Origin: Psammoneis japonica
Lineage: Eukaryota
Reading direction: 5' to 3'
NCBI GenBank assembly: GCA_008632985.1
Contig: QPGO01000014.1
Span: 572,289 to 636,288, forward strand
DNA: 64,000 nt
The number at the start of each line of letters is the position of its first letter. The first letter of the stretch is position 1. The notes beneath the pieces were generated by a model, which worked only from the letters and a program-made list of their open reading frames with translations, was not told the origin of the DNA and searched no databases. The translations under genes were made by a program, and so were the position numbers. Positions 12,000 through 25,830 of the stretch are shown here, piece by piece.

Positions 12000-14615
12000 A
12001 TGGCTAGCAAAGATGATGATTCGGAACAAATCTTAGTGGAGAGTCAGGTATGTAATGAAGAGAGACAAGCGATTCAGTGCTCTGAACGGTTGATTTGCCA
12101 CAGTGCGGCGCGATGGCAGATTCCGCGACCACCGAATTCTGTCCTCGTTTGATGTTTCGTAAGAAATCGCTCATTTTCTACGGGAGATTGATTGACGGCT
12201 TTGGGTATCGCGGGCTTTTCCACTCATTTTTTCGTGGACCATACCCGTTTTTGTTGCTTTTCTCGGTCTAGATTTCTCGACAATACGGACGCGAGTATAA
12301 TCAGCCTGTGGAAGTCAAGGAAGGATACAAGGATGCACAAGATTATCCCCGTCCATCGCGATTTTTGTGGGATTGGTACCTGACGAAAACTACCTCCAGG
12401 CCGAGCGAAGAAGAAACACCTCTCAAGTTTCAACGTCGTGAGCCATTGCCTGAATCTCATGACAGTTACTTTGAAGAGAGCCACGTCCTATACGGATATT
12501 TAGAGCCTCGCCCGCCAGAGGACATAGACCGAGAGGCACTGACGCGCATCAAGGTGAAATTGACTTGTTTAGATTACTGGTTCATAGATCGATCAGATGA
12601 AACGCGTGGTATTTGGGTACAAACAAAAGCACCCAATGGAGAAGCCGCTGCTGCGTATTATTGTCTCAAGGAGCCGTGTAAGAAGAAGTTGGATATGAAT
12701 ATCAAGCTTCTTCGACGCTCCAGCAGCAGCAGTTCGTCATCAGACAGCATGCGCCCTTTGGAAGCTGCGTTGCCCTCGCAGGAGCATCTTCATGTTCCGA
12801 TTCGAGCAAAGTTTGGACTACTTTCTAATCTTGTTGACGTTTTTGCTGAATCTTGTGGCACGCGAAACCACTGTGAGACACATGCCAGACGAACGCCTGT
12901 TGAAATCCATGCTCTCCTGACTCCATCAGAAGAACTGTGGAAGCAGCGCAAAGAAACGACCCCGGCTCTCCATGAGGAACCCTTTGACTTGAATCTCTTG
13001 CAATCGTGTCCCGAATTCATCAAGCGGTACATTATCCATTTTCATGAGGCTTTGGATGAATCGAGCCCATTCATAAAGGCACTGGACGATTTGAAGGAAG
13101 CAAACGAAACCGCCAAAAAGGAAAATGATGAAGATGAGGAATGGACCCACCAAGAGTATATCGAGAGTGCCAAAGCATCGGAAGAACGCTCCTGTCGTAC
13201 ACCGTGGGGCGACCTTCGAAAAGACAGCGCCGGTAACGCTCCGGTAATTTCTCCAAATCTCGTTGTGGCCTTGGAAGTAAAAATGGAAGGGGAGACCCTG
13301 AAAGCTTTGATGCAACGCGAGAAAGAAAGCGTTGCCAATGAGGAGGAGGAGGACGCCAAGCCACCCGCCGAGGCTGTATCATCGCTTTACTCCATTGGAA
13401 ACATGTTGAAGGCATTGGTAAGAGTGTTTGCTGTGTTCGGTTGTTTGCCTCCTGTCATTAAAATATGATTCTCATCTTGATGTGGATTTGTGACGCGACT
13501 AGAAACATTTAAGCGGTGCGCTGGAACCACTCCCGGAGAACGAAACAGGAGTATGGAAAGATGTGGAAGTGCAAGGCTTTTCTTTTGTTGATCATGCTGC
13601 TATTGCAGATATCATCAACGGCGTTGATTCGACGCAAGAGGACTCCTTGGAGGAAATGCTGTTGATTGCGTCGTGTTTACGTCAATGTTGTGCCAAGGGA
13701 AATAACAATAAGATCGTCAAGAAAATCTTTATCAGCAAGGATAAAGATAAGCCCGTTCCTGCCAAGGTTATGGGTGACGAGTGGCGCAAATTTGCTCTCC
13801 GACGCATTGAGGGGCGAAGCAAGTCAAACCAAGGGCAAGACTACGGGGCAACAGACGACCTGTTGGTGAACAACCTTATTCTTTTTATACAAGACTGTAA
13901 TATCATCAACACGTCGAACCAACTTGCGGTGTTGAAAGACAAACGCGGCTTGGACTGGAAAGAAATCGTGGATGATGTAAGTTGGAAGTAATTCTCATTT
14001 TTTCTTGTCGTTTGCTGCCTATTTCGCTCGTCGTTCGCTCTGACGCTTGCGCTTTCCGAATTCCATTCCTCTCTACCGAAGACCATGAAAAGAGCTCGAG
14101 CTCTTATGAATAATCAGATGATTGTATCATGTACAAAGGCGCAAAACCGTCTTAGACAGATTATGTCGCCCTCAGACACGGACAAAACAACTTCTGAGAA
14201 AGACAAAGTCGCGTCGAGTGCAACCAAGACGGCGCCTACAAAGGCTTTGGGTTCCGAATCATCTGGGGAAGCCCCTAGCGAGAAAGACAATAAGGAGAAA
14301 CAGAAAAAGGAACAGTCCAAGAAGCGCTTGGAAGGAATGCGAGCCAAGACAATGGGAAGAGCTGGCCCTGCACAAATTCAGTCGCCCGCAGACACGGACA
14401 AAACAACTTCTGAGAAAGACAAAGTCGCGTCGAGTGCAACCAAGACGGCGCCTGCAAAGGCTTTGGGTTCCGAATCATCTGGGGAAGCCCCTAGCGAGAA
14501 AGACAATAAGGAGAAACAAAAAAAGGAACAGTCAAAGAAGCGCTTGGAAGGAATGCGAGCCAAGATAATGGGAAGAGCTGGCCCTGCACAAATTCAGTCT
14601 TTGAAGCAGAGTTAG
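12000..14615 (+). CDS. Uncharacterised protein, copy A. Possible DNMT1-RFTS-like N-terminal domain; C-terminus replaced by a tandem duplication
   Basis: Exons 12000-12047, 12272-13417, 13503-13976 and 14082-14615 join in frame through GT-AG introns. Paralogous to 41376-43899. Confidence 0.7.
14165..14597 (+). repeat. In-frame tandem duplication, 2 x 216 bp (72 aa)
   Basis: gtcgccc(t/g)cagacacggacaaaac starts at 14165 and at 14381. The copies are nearly identical. Confidence 0.95.
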
Positions 14616-14689
14616 AGCAACCATGATGTAAATGCATCGAAACAAAAAGTGCAGTTAGTTCCAAGCACGACCGCAAAGAAAGTAGTGTG

Positions 14690-15020
14690 GCAAAAACGAC
14701 TTTATGTCACAACGACAACGCTCCCCACATAACAACGAAACGCTCAAGTGCTCTTCTCAATGCAATGAACAAATGACACGCGCCATGAAAGTCAACGGAT
14801 GGAGCCAAATCATTGAAGCATAAACGATGCGGCCAACAGCATGGGATCAAAATTCACAACAGTGCGCAAAAAACGACTTTTTTGTCATGGACAACACTCC
14901 CCATAACAACACAACAATCGTGTGCTCTTCTCAATGCAACAAACAAACGATCCGAGCCATGAAAGCCATCGGATGAAGCCGCATCCGTGAAGTGCAAACG
15001 ATGCGGCCATCAACGGAAGC
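14690..15020 (+). repeat. Diverged direct repeat, about 180-bp unit x2, at the island border
   Basis: aaaaacgacttt...gtgctcttctcaatgcaa...gccatgaaag...aaacgatgcggcca occurs twice. Confidence 0.75.
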
Positions 15021-18000
15021 AAAAACAGCAGTCTCAATGACTGTCTCAACGAGTTTACGACCGATTTTCGAAAACAAAGGTTAAAATAGACTCTTGCATT
15101 GATTTCTGATTCAACGACACCTTGTTCAATTGCAACAGAGGGCGAACAGGGATGCAATGGAGACAAGATGAGTTGCAAAATACATGTCGGTGCTGCAGCA
15201 TCCGATGAAGGCTCCTGGGGGGCCAGGCTGCAGCCATCAACAACCACCATCTCAAGCGTGTGATGCTGTTTGCAGGAGTGCAGCACTCTGGAGACTAGAA
15301 AAGCAAGTGCAAAACATCCCATTTGCTGTCAAGCAACTTTTGGACTCTGTCATTCCTCATTGCTCACAGCAATCCACCAAATTAGAACTTCTACAAAGCC
15401 AAGAAGCCTTCAACTCATGCAAGCCTTTGACTTTGTGTGGGGTTTTTCCACAAGAGCCCTCTAATTCCTGTGGCATGGTGATGACAATGTCGTTCCCCAT
15501 CACATTTCACAAGCTCCCTGGATCATTGCGAAAAAGGCTTTGCCTGCACAACAGAGGATTGCACTCATCTACATTCAGGCACAAGTTGTTTCAACATGGC
15601 GGCAATCTCAAACATGAAAAACTTGAGCATCTCCACTGTGAATGGATCCATGTCGTTGCTCAAATTAAGCTTGGCCAACAAATCTGAAATCACAGAAGCA
15701 TCCAAAAAAGGTTCGCAGCTGACCATTTCACATTTCTCTTGATTGTTGAGTCTGGGGTGAAAGGTGAATTTACGATCCAGATCAGCCCTGCAGAGCTGGG
15801 TAAACACCCTTCATGAGCAAATGAGAAGACTGGCACAAAAAGGGGATTGAGTTTTTGCAATTCACGAAACATGGCACAGCATGCAAAACATGGAAGGAAT
15901 GTCTTTGTGCTTGCCAAACAAGACCTTTTTCCCGTGCATGGAGTTCAGACCTGAGCATTGCTTGTGACACACTCGTCAAATCATCCATTGTTGTTTTCTC
16001 AGAAGAGCTGGCTCTTTGTTGCTCTGCACCTTCCATGCACGAGCCTGCTCTTTTTCCTCTTCATGGTGAAGCAAGAAAAACGAGAGAACTTCAAAGATGG
16101 CAAAAGTGTGCAGCAGTGCAGTTTCTTCACACTCTCCCTTTCTTCTTTTTGTTCAGATTTTGCAACTGACCATTGCCAGGATGATTGCAGTGCAAAGGAA
16201 GTGCCATTGTGCTGCAACTGAAAAAGATTTGTCGTTTTGATTTTTTGCCTCCGAGTCATTGGATTTGTGAGATGTCATCACTGTGCAGAAATGTGCAGAG
16301 ATTTTTGGCACATGTCTGTCAGATTGGCACCACATCCCACGCACAGGGTCCCCGTGTGCACGCTTGGCATTGTGTTTGAATGCATTCATTGTGTTTGAAT
16401 GCATTCATTTGCAATTGTCAATGCAAGGATTGTTCAATCACTCACAAAAACGAGAATGTCAGGCACTGTGATCAAAGCACGATGATGATGGCCATTGCGC
16501 TGTCTCTCAAAATTGGCCCAGTGGCACGAGGGATGAAAGCCCACAAATCAATCTGCACCACATTGTGACAACAAAACCAATGAGTGTCCCTTGTGATGTG
16601 ACACTTTGCAACTCACCACTTGTTGCAAACATCATCATTGTTGCATGCACTTTTGTTGTGTCGTTTTCTGTGGCAACACATCAAAAATGTGAAAAAACCT
16701 GGACAATGTGTGCAAAAAAAACAAGCCAATGCCCCCTTTTGGTTGCACTCCCCTTGACTTGTTTGTGGAGAGAAACTGCATGTTTGCATGCATTTGTCAT
16801 TTGCTGCAGCTCTGACAAACTCAAACATTGTGATGTTGGCATCTTTCTGATTGGATCCAGTGTGTGTCTTCAAAAACATGTGGAACTCTCCACAAACAAG
16901 TCAAGGGGATTGTGCAATTGGGTGGTCCAGACACATTGTCATGTGAAATGTTTAAGTTTCCATCATCCTGGAGAGCAGGGTTCAAGTCATTGAGGTGACT
17001 TTGGCAATTTGTGGGGAAAACATGCTAAGTTCTGTGCATGTAGAATCTGGTCCACTTTTGCACCCGCACCACCTTAAAAAATGGGTGACAGCACGCACGC
17101 GCACAGAAATCCACAAAAGTCTCAACTCAAAACACCAACTGTCACCTCCATGACACATCGCTGGGAGTCATGCATTCTTGAAGATGTGCCAGCACCACAG
17201 AAATGGGGCAGTTGATGGATCAGTGGATGACATGATGGCAGAGCTTGGCACTGGGATTTCTCAACAGGGCTTTCAAAAAAGGGACATTGCTGGCTGCAGG
17301 TGTTGGGGCTTGCAATCTTTTTTTTTCTGACACCATGTTGGGCTGATTTCTGGGCTGTGGCCCGGGCCAGAAGACATGGTGTGACACATTGCTTGCCCTT
17401 GGGTTCTGGCTCCCTTTGCAGATGTTGACAGCAAGGGACAGCTCTTTTTGAAGGACCCCAAGAATGACAAAAAGAACAACGATGAAAACAGGGATCACCC
17501 ACCATGCTTGCATTGTGCATGAAACTGAAACTTCACAAAAAAAGTGGATTGTGTGCATTGAATTTCTTGTGAGTCCACTGGAGCTGTGTGGAGCTCAACC
17601 ATCTTTGTCTTCAGAGAAGCACCAACCTTGCAGCAAACAAATGTGAGCTTGGAGCGCAATGTGCTGAAAATGCAAAACTGGCCCAGACATCAGAATGACA
17701 AGACATCTTGCACTCTTTTGGCAAAAGTGGAAAAACATCACAATCCCTGAAATCTGGGGTGAGCTCACTTCCTGCAGCAATTTTGTTGCAGCTCTCTCAA
17801 ATGGCGGGCAACATCCAAAGCTTGAAACTGTTGGGGTGCATCAACTGTGGCATCAAGAAGGTCAGCTTGAGGGCAGAAGTGGAACAAGCGTGTGACGTGT
17901 GGCTTGCCTTTGGGTTCAAGGCCACATTTGTGCACAAGTCTGCAATGCAAATGAGCAAAATTAAGAGCTGCTTTTTTAGACTGACAATGATGGAGTTGTT

Positions 18001-21000
18001 TTGATCTTGTTGTCTCCAACAACCTTGTCACATGCCTTTCTCTTGCAACTGCTTGATGTCATGGATCTTTTGACATTTTGGATCTGTCACGACTCATCTG
18101 GAGAGCTCTGTTTCCACAGAATCTGGACTCCAACTCTTGTGAATTCTGGTCCCATCCAGCAAAAAATTTGAGCTCATCCTGCACAATTGCCTGGGATCAA
18201 CATCCTTGATTTCATGTGATGGTTGTGCCTGTTCCTCAGAATGCCGTCAGTTTTTTCATGAGAGTCTTGGAACATTCAAAAACAAAGGTGCTCAACACAT
18301 TCACAAGTTGAATGGACATGTCATGATGTCAATGAATTTTCCACGCACCAACTGCACTGTGTGCACAGCACACAGAATTTGAATGTGATTGTCTGCAAGT
18401 GAGGCACATCCCCCCAACTGAAGACATCCACACAGGCTGGTGTGCACCACAAGAAGAACCCACACTGACCAATGTGCGCCATTCAGAAGAACACAACGCC
18501 AACACAATGTTGCTGTTGTTGCCACTGTTTGAGACATCACAGGTGTGAGTTGTGCTTTGAATTGCAGAAGGGGGGGTGAAAGAGATGCAGGCAAGCTTCT
18601 GTTTCAGCACCAAATTGAGTTGCATTGCTGTCTCTTGCATTGTTGTCACTTGTCACTCAACACATTTCATGCAATGCCTTGGCATCAAACACTGATGCAT
18701 GTTTCTAGCTGTGCTCATTTGTTCCATCTGAATTGACAGAGAGCACAGCATCATTGATGGTGCAACAGTGGGCTGTCACAGCAATGCTTGTTGCTCAAAT
18801 TCAGCTGTCAGTGCTGACGCTGCAGGAATGGCAAGGACACCTGCCACTTTTTAAGAATTTGCTCTTCCTTTTAGAAAGAACATTTTTGGAAATGGTTGTC
18901 ATGTTTGGCACTGTTGGATTTGAGTTGTGGATGAGGGGTGAAAGCAACACTTGCCTGTTTGTTTGAAGTTCCACCAGATTCCTTCCCACCTTGTTTTCTT
19001 TGACCTGATTGGCAAAACAAGAAGCAACGGATGAAGCAGTCTCAAATTTTTGATGGTGCTGCAGGCAAACCAGCCGCGGCAAGAGCCACCCATGACTCCA
19101 AATTAGCATCCTCCATGGCAGCGTTAAGGGAACTGAAGGCAAGTGTAGAGACATGCTTGCCAATGTCCATGTCTGCCATGCCCATCCCATGAACGACTGT
19201 GATTTAACACTGACAAGCAAAAAAACAGAAAAGGACAATCTGACACAACAGAACAACAGTGTTGTGATGCATGTTCACCTGTTTGTTTGATGTTCCACCA
19301 GATTCCATCCTGCCAATGATGAAAATGACAACACCAATTCTGTTGGTGATGGTTGGCTGCACCTGTTGCAATGCCAGAAATGCCCACACCAGAGCAAGTG
19401 AGTTAAGACGTGAAAAAACAACACCAGTGCAACAACAAACCAAACCAAGCTGTCACAATGTGCCTCACCATGTTGACAATCACACCGCACAGTGTGGGGT
19501 TGCCATCTGTTGCAACAAGTTTGAATGGCAATGTGCCATTTGGTTGTGTTGTTGATGGTGGCAATGTTTCACCTCACATGAAAAAAAGCAAGCGCACTTG
19601 TTGCTGTGGCAAACAAAGAGTCACCCCCCCCCCCCCCCCATGAGTGTGCACGTCCTTCCAATTGAGCAACTTTTTTGACCAGAACGCAACCTTTCTCACA
19701 TCAATCACCATGACCACTTCCCTTTGAGTCTGTTGCATGCCAACATTGTTGCAGCTGTCTTGCTGGCAATCATTTTTTCAACAAATCATTTGTTTTGCTC
19801 CTGTTGGCAATGAAAAGGATCACCAGCAGAAAGTGTTTTGTGACAACAACAGTTGCATCTCAATGTTGCCATCACCAATCTGCAGTGACATCCCAAACAC
19901 CTCCAAGCCCACCCAAACAGAGGAAAAGCCAACAAAAAGAAGCACGCAATCCTGGCACACAATGCATGGTGCCAGCATGGAAGAAAACCAGGGTTTCTGC
20001 ACAAGCAGCAAGTCACAAAATGTTGATGTTCTTTGTCATGTTGCACCAATGTCTTGCATCTTGCAAATGTTCATTTGCAACTGTCCTGCTGTCAATGCTT
20101 TCTCACAAATCATTTGTTCTGCTCCTGTTGGTGAGGTCTGATTATAAAAGGATTGACAGCTGGAGGTTTTTTCTTGTGACAACAATGTTGTGTCTTTTTT
20201 TGTGACAACAACCGTGCATCTCAACCACCAGATGAACTGCTGCTTGCCAGCATGTGCAGCATTTGTCACAACTCTAGATTCCAGGTCTCAATTCTGTGGC
20301 TCTCAGCTCCAGATTGCATCTGACAGAAACACTCTGCAAAGTGTTGCTTTGGTGTCTTGCACCACAACAGGAGTTGCTGCAGCACTCAAGCAACTCAGAG
20401 AGAAACACCCAATTGTTGCCTTGACTCCAATCATTGGTGAACAGAACCACTCTGCAAAGCATCACATTGGTGTCTTAGAATCATGCATTGACAGTTGTTG
20501 CCATGCTCAAACAACTCCCATGCAGAGGAACCACTCTCAAGCATCATTGCATGCCAACATGCAAGGGCATGTTTCTCCAGCTTGTTGGCAAAATCAATTG
20601 ACAATCAATGTCACCCCATTTCTCACCCCATTCTTTGCATCCACCATCATCAACAATCTTGGATTCTGAATCACTTCAATGCATTTCCAAATTGCCAGAG
20701 GCATTGGGAGCAGCATCATTGTTGTTGTCCTTGCACAAGCAGTCTGTGTCTGAATGTCCTCCGCCGCTGCCTTGCCATCCTTTTTTCTTGCGTTGCTCAG
20801 GAATTTTTTGTTCCCAATCCTTTCAGGAAGAGACCCTTTAAACTCCTTTGCCTTGTGTCAATTACATTGGAGTTCTTCACCTGCCAGAGTGACAGTGCAA
20901 GAATGCCTCTTGCCTTGGCAGTCATCCACTTGGAGTGTGGCTCAATTTGATGCACTTGGGAGGGCAGATGCGACCTTGGACTTGCAAAGTCCTGGAAAGC

Positions 21001-24000
21001 CACCACATTGCAGTGCCTTCAGCACAAGGTTGCTGTCCATCCATGCATCTTGCAACACATCTGGAAAAGTGGTGACAAGAAGCCTTGCAACCTCGGCAAT
21101 CTTCACAGTTGGCTTGCCATCATTGTGATGGAAAAAACATCACACAGCTGTTGCGGAGCTGAAGCAGCCATCAACAATGCACAGACTTGCAAAGGTTCCC
21201 TGCAGTTGATGTCTGTTGTTCTGCCTGTCAACTGTGTGTGAATGCACGTTCCAATTTCAAGTTCTGCCATCAAAATCTCTGATCAACATTGCAGTCACAA
21301 TTTTCAGTCAACAGCTTTTGCAACAAAAACAGCTGCCAGTTTGCAACCTTGAGCACCAGCTCTTTTGATGTCTGCAGTTGCACACTGGCACAACAAGTGG
21401 TCATCAAGCCCAAATGCAGTGTGCAGCTTCTTTTGACGGAACTGCACCGACCCACCATGTTCTCATTGAATGCAACAGTCATCAACAAGTCTTTGATTGT
21501 CTGTCAGAGGCTGCAGATTGTCCATCAGAGGCTGCAACATGGTGGTGTTCACTTCCCTTCATCTAATTTGTGCCAATTGGCATCATGTGAGTTTCCTTTT
21601 TTTTTCACAATGTTGCATGTAAAAGCAATCTTTACAGTGCATTTGATTTTCACGTTTTGTGCAAATTGTTGTCACCTTTTTGTTTTAACTTAATTTTGAC
21701 AATCCATCCAAATGTGCCTTGTTTTTTATCTCAATGTGGTGTGTTTTGACAACATCATTGCATTCATTTTGAAGCATTGTCTTTGACAGTGGTCCGCAAC
21801 AGCTCCACCCCATTCACACGCCACCGCAGTGGCTGGCATCCCCTCTGTGCCCAAGTCATCCCCTGTTTGCTTGCCTCATTGTTTTCTCCAGCACTTTCCA
21901 GAATTTCAGTGCATGGCTCTCCACCTGGTTTTTAGTGCATGTTCCACATGTGCAACAGTCTGCCTGTTTCACAACAGTGCATCCTCTCCCCAAAATGCAT
22001 TGGACCAGAGCACGTGCTGTTGTGATTCACACATTTCTACGTGAATCAACAACTGACTTTTGGCCATGGCGGTCAACCACTTTGCCCCACCCCACAATGA
22101 GGTTGACCCCAAACCTTCCTTCCAATTTGCTGATGAGTGTGATTTTGATGAAACAGAATGTTTTGCCAATGGTTTTGGATTTGAATTGTTTGGTTCCAAG
22201 CTCAAATGCACAACTGCAATGCGTGCATCCAAAAAAGAAGTTTTTGGAGACAATGAATTGGCCCCCTCTCCAGAATTCCTTGCTCTTCCCTTCCTTTGTC
22301 ACAAGCAGAAGTTGCATCACATTCCATGCATTGCAGAAGTCATCCACACCAACAACACTGTAAGGAAACTCTTGGATGCCCCAACATTTGGTCCTGCATC
22401 ATGGACTCATGGTTGGTCCATGAAGAAATCCTGCACACTGAAAGGTGAATGTGTTCTTTGATGTCAAAATTTGGAGGACGCTCTCTGTTTCTCCAAAATG
22501 GCCCAAGAGACAGAAAAAGAAGAGGAGCACCACATGCTGCTTCACCGCAACATCCAGGCAATGGTGGAATTTGTCTGTGCAATCATCACCGGCAACAACC
22601 TGAATGATCCTGTCTCTGGTGAGCCTTGTTTGCATTTTTCATGGTGCAAAAGTCTCAAAAATTTGATCAATGAACAAGCCCACGACCTTTGCAGTGCATG
22701 CTTTGTCACCAACATTGTCGTGCATTGCATCCAGTGCAAACCCAAGGACATGGGCTGTTGGTTTGTGTAGATTTTTTGCCATGTCAATGCCCAAAAAGAA
22801 TGGCGCATGTTCATCAATGGCTTTCTGGTCATGTGCAATTCCAATGATCCTGGTTCCCAGGACAAGGACAATGTCAAGGGGTTCCTCAGAGACAAAATCA
22901 GTGACATTGAGAACTCTTTGACAATGGCAGGCAATTTCCTTGCATGTTGGGAGGCGTGCAAAGAAAAAATCAGTTCCGTGTTAATCATGAATTTGGGAAG
23001 CGCTGTCCTGAGGAGCAACCTGGCACACAACCCAGGTGCAGCAAGCAGCTCACAATGCTTTGTTGCAGAATGCGTGATCAGAGGGCCAGCTGCCCAGAAG
23101 ATGACAACAAATGAGATCAAAAATCCAAAACCAAAAGCAAAACAAGGAGGATCCAAAAAGATGGCACCTGTTTGCATGATGGCAAGCCTCCGCCCTCTTT
23201 GCCTTCATTGCCCGCCTGCATCTGTTGTCTCATGAATCCTTTTCCCCCTTGATTTTACATGCCCTGCCAGAGCCTTCCTTCACCGTCCCCAACAAGAAGG
23301 CCAAGATCATGTCACGCTCAAACCTGGCACCTCCATTGTTGTCTGGTGATGTGCCATCATGCAGGGAGGCACACCGCACTCTCACCGCCAATCTTCCGAC
23401 ATTGTTGGAAATCATGGATCTGGGAAAACCTTCTCTCCCTCCCCAAAGGCACTCCCTCCAAACGGCGTTCCTCTTGGCTGGGTGTCTTCACAAATTGCTT
23501 GGTCATTTTGTCTCCTCCCCCTGACCCCAAAGACATGTCATGGCTGGACAAGTCTGCCATCCACCAGCACTTTGACCCATCCAAGTGTCAATCTGTTGCC
23601 TTGGAGGAAGTTGTTGCCCATCTGTCATGCCTGCACATCATTGACATGGCCACCAACACTGAGCACATGCTGCATCATTCTGCCACCGACTTTTACCTGG
23701 CAGACAACTTGCAGGAAAACTGGCACACGTTCTCAAACAAAACGTCCAAACTGAGCACCCTCCTCACCTGGATCACTTCTTGGAGGAACTCTCCATCACC
23801 CAACAAGAAAAAGCTCTGTGCAAAGCCCACTTTGGGTTTCTTTGTGTGTGCATTCCTGCCCTTCTGCTTTTCATTTTGTTGAAGGGTGAGTCAAATCTGA
23901 AATGCAACAGATTGGTTGCACTTCAGTCCAGCAACAGACAAAGGATGAAGAGTTTGGTTGTGCGGGGTGGTCGCATCATCCAAAGGAGCCCAGCTCTGCC

Positions 24001-25614
24001 AAATCAGCTGGACCCAAGGCAACCTGCAGTCTTCATGTTCTCAATCCTGATGGAAACTTCAATGCCAAGGAGTCATCCAGAATCAAGGCTACAGTGGCAG
24101 ACATTCTTGACTTGATTCAGCTGTGCGAAAACAAGGTTGAGCTTCAGAAACTGAGCAATCCACCACCATTCAACTGGTTGCTTTGGTGCAAGCAGCATTT
24201 GAAAGTTTTGTGTGACAAAATGGGTTGTCTGCACTTTCTACATGAGGATGTTGCCATGCAGGGATTGTCATTTCTTGGGGTCAATTCTGTGATGGACACT
24301 TTGACAGAAAAAACTGCACCTGGCATCAACGCAGGAAAACAGCCGCAGGTTGTTTCTTTGACATGGATGCCTTTGGCAGCACACAGTCCTTCAATGAGAC
24401 AGTCACCAATGGCAGAAGTCCCACAGATCAACACTGCAATGACAAGCATGACATGAAGCCAATGCTGACTTGGATGCACCACAATCAAGCTCAGCTTGAC
24501 TTTGCACTTCAAGACTTGGACCTGCAAAACACAACAGTCCCTCAATCCTGACATGTTGCTGTCCACTGACACATTCAAGAATCTTCTGCTGGATGACAAC
24601 AGGCCATGGAACAATGTTGCAATGGGTGAAGGTGGCAACACGGCACTTCCCAAGGTGTGCATGGATTGGCTGAAGTTCCCGACATTCCCTGTGAGGGACT
24701 TTTGCTTGTCGGCTCCAGTCACAGTGCTCTGCCATTTCAAGAACATTGTTTGCAGATCCAGGCCAGACCCAAAACAAGTCATGAGATTGGCAATTCTTGC
24801 CAGTCATCCAACAGGATGCCACTGCTTCCACTGTGTCAGGGACAAGCATCTGCCCAGCCTGTGTTGCAAAGGCATGGACCCATTTGTGCAATTTGCCAAA
24901 TGCTTGAAGAATGAGTTTGGCATGTTGTTCGGCAACCCACATGTGGGGTGGATCAGCCTGACCAATTTGATGTGTGAGAAGTTTTCTGTGGTTTTCATTG
25001 ACAAGAGGTGCACAAGCATGGCAAATGACCCAGTTGATCTCATCGTGGACAAAATCTGTGCTGTGCTGCTTTGGATTAATGACAACATGATCACCAAAGA
25101 GTTCTGTCCCAATTTAATGGAACAATGCTGCAAGGCTGCCTGCAATGTTTGGCCACACCGGGGAGCAGATTTCAGCAAGATTCATCTCATGTTGGTGCTG
25201 CAATGTCTTGCGCTGGCCAGTGTTGTGGTGAAGGACCATCCACGTCTGAATGACATGGTGCATCCTGTCTTCAATTGTGGTGCTGCTGCACAACTGTTGC
25301 ATGTCAACCCAGAAGAATGTCTGCTCATGCACCAATGGACATCATCAGAGACTGGGACCAAAGAGCACAGTTGGAATGGAATGGAGCACAAACTGTGTGA
25401 GAATTCCAGCTGTTGCGCAGCACCTGCACATTCAATTGTGCACTCCATGGTCCCTGTTTGGGACAAGACCTGTTCATCTTCTCTCCCTCTGGTCAGCGTC
25501 TGCACAAGGCATGTGGACTGACAGAGCATCAAAAGGTGGAGTGTGTTGATGGCAACCCAAACATGTGCAAGGAATGCAACAGCCAAGATGCCACATCAGA
25601 TGTGTCTAACTTTG

Positions 25615-25830
25615 TCACAGACGGACTCATTGCTGACAATGAATCTCACTCATTGCTGGAGAAAACCCACAGCAACAATGACAGTGGCAAATTGTTGGTT
25701 CCCAATGGACTGGTTGCTGACAATGAATTAAACTCATTGTCTGCGGAATCTGCCATGAATGATGGTGGTGGCATTTCCTCTGCACATGATGGACTTGTGG
25801 CAGACAATGAACTGGGCTCATTGTCAGAGG
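25615..25830 (+). repeat. Three approximately 84-bp coding-type repeats, (D/N)GL(I/V)ADNE.SL
   Basis: TDGLIADNESHSL, PNGLVADNELNSL and HDGLVADNELGSL in ORF 25413-26024. Confidence 0.75.

Noticed and set aside
19624..19640. Poly-C/poly-G runs (also at about 26812 and 52921) as G-quadruplex or element termini
   Set aside because: They are isolated homopolymers with no flanking inverted repeats or target-site duplications that I could verify.
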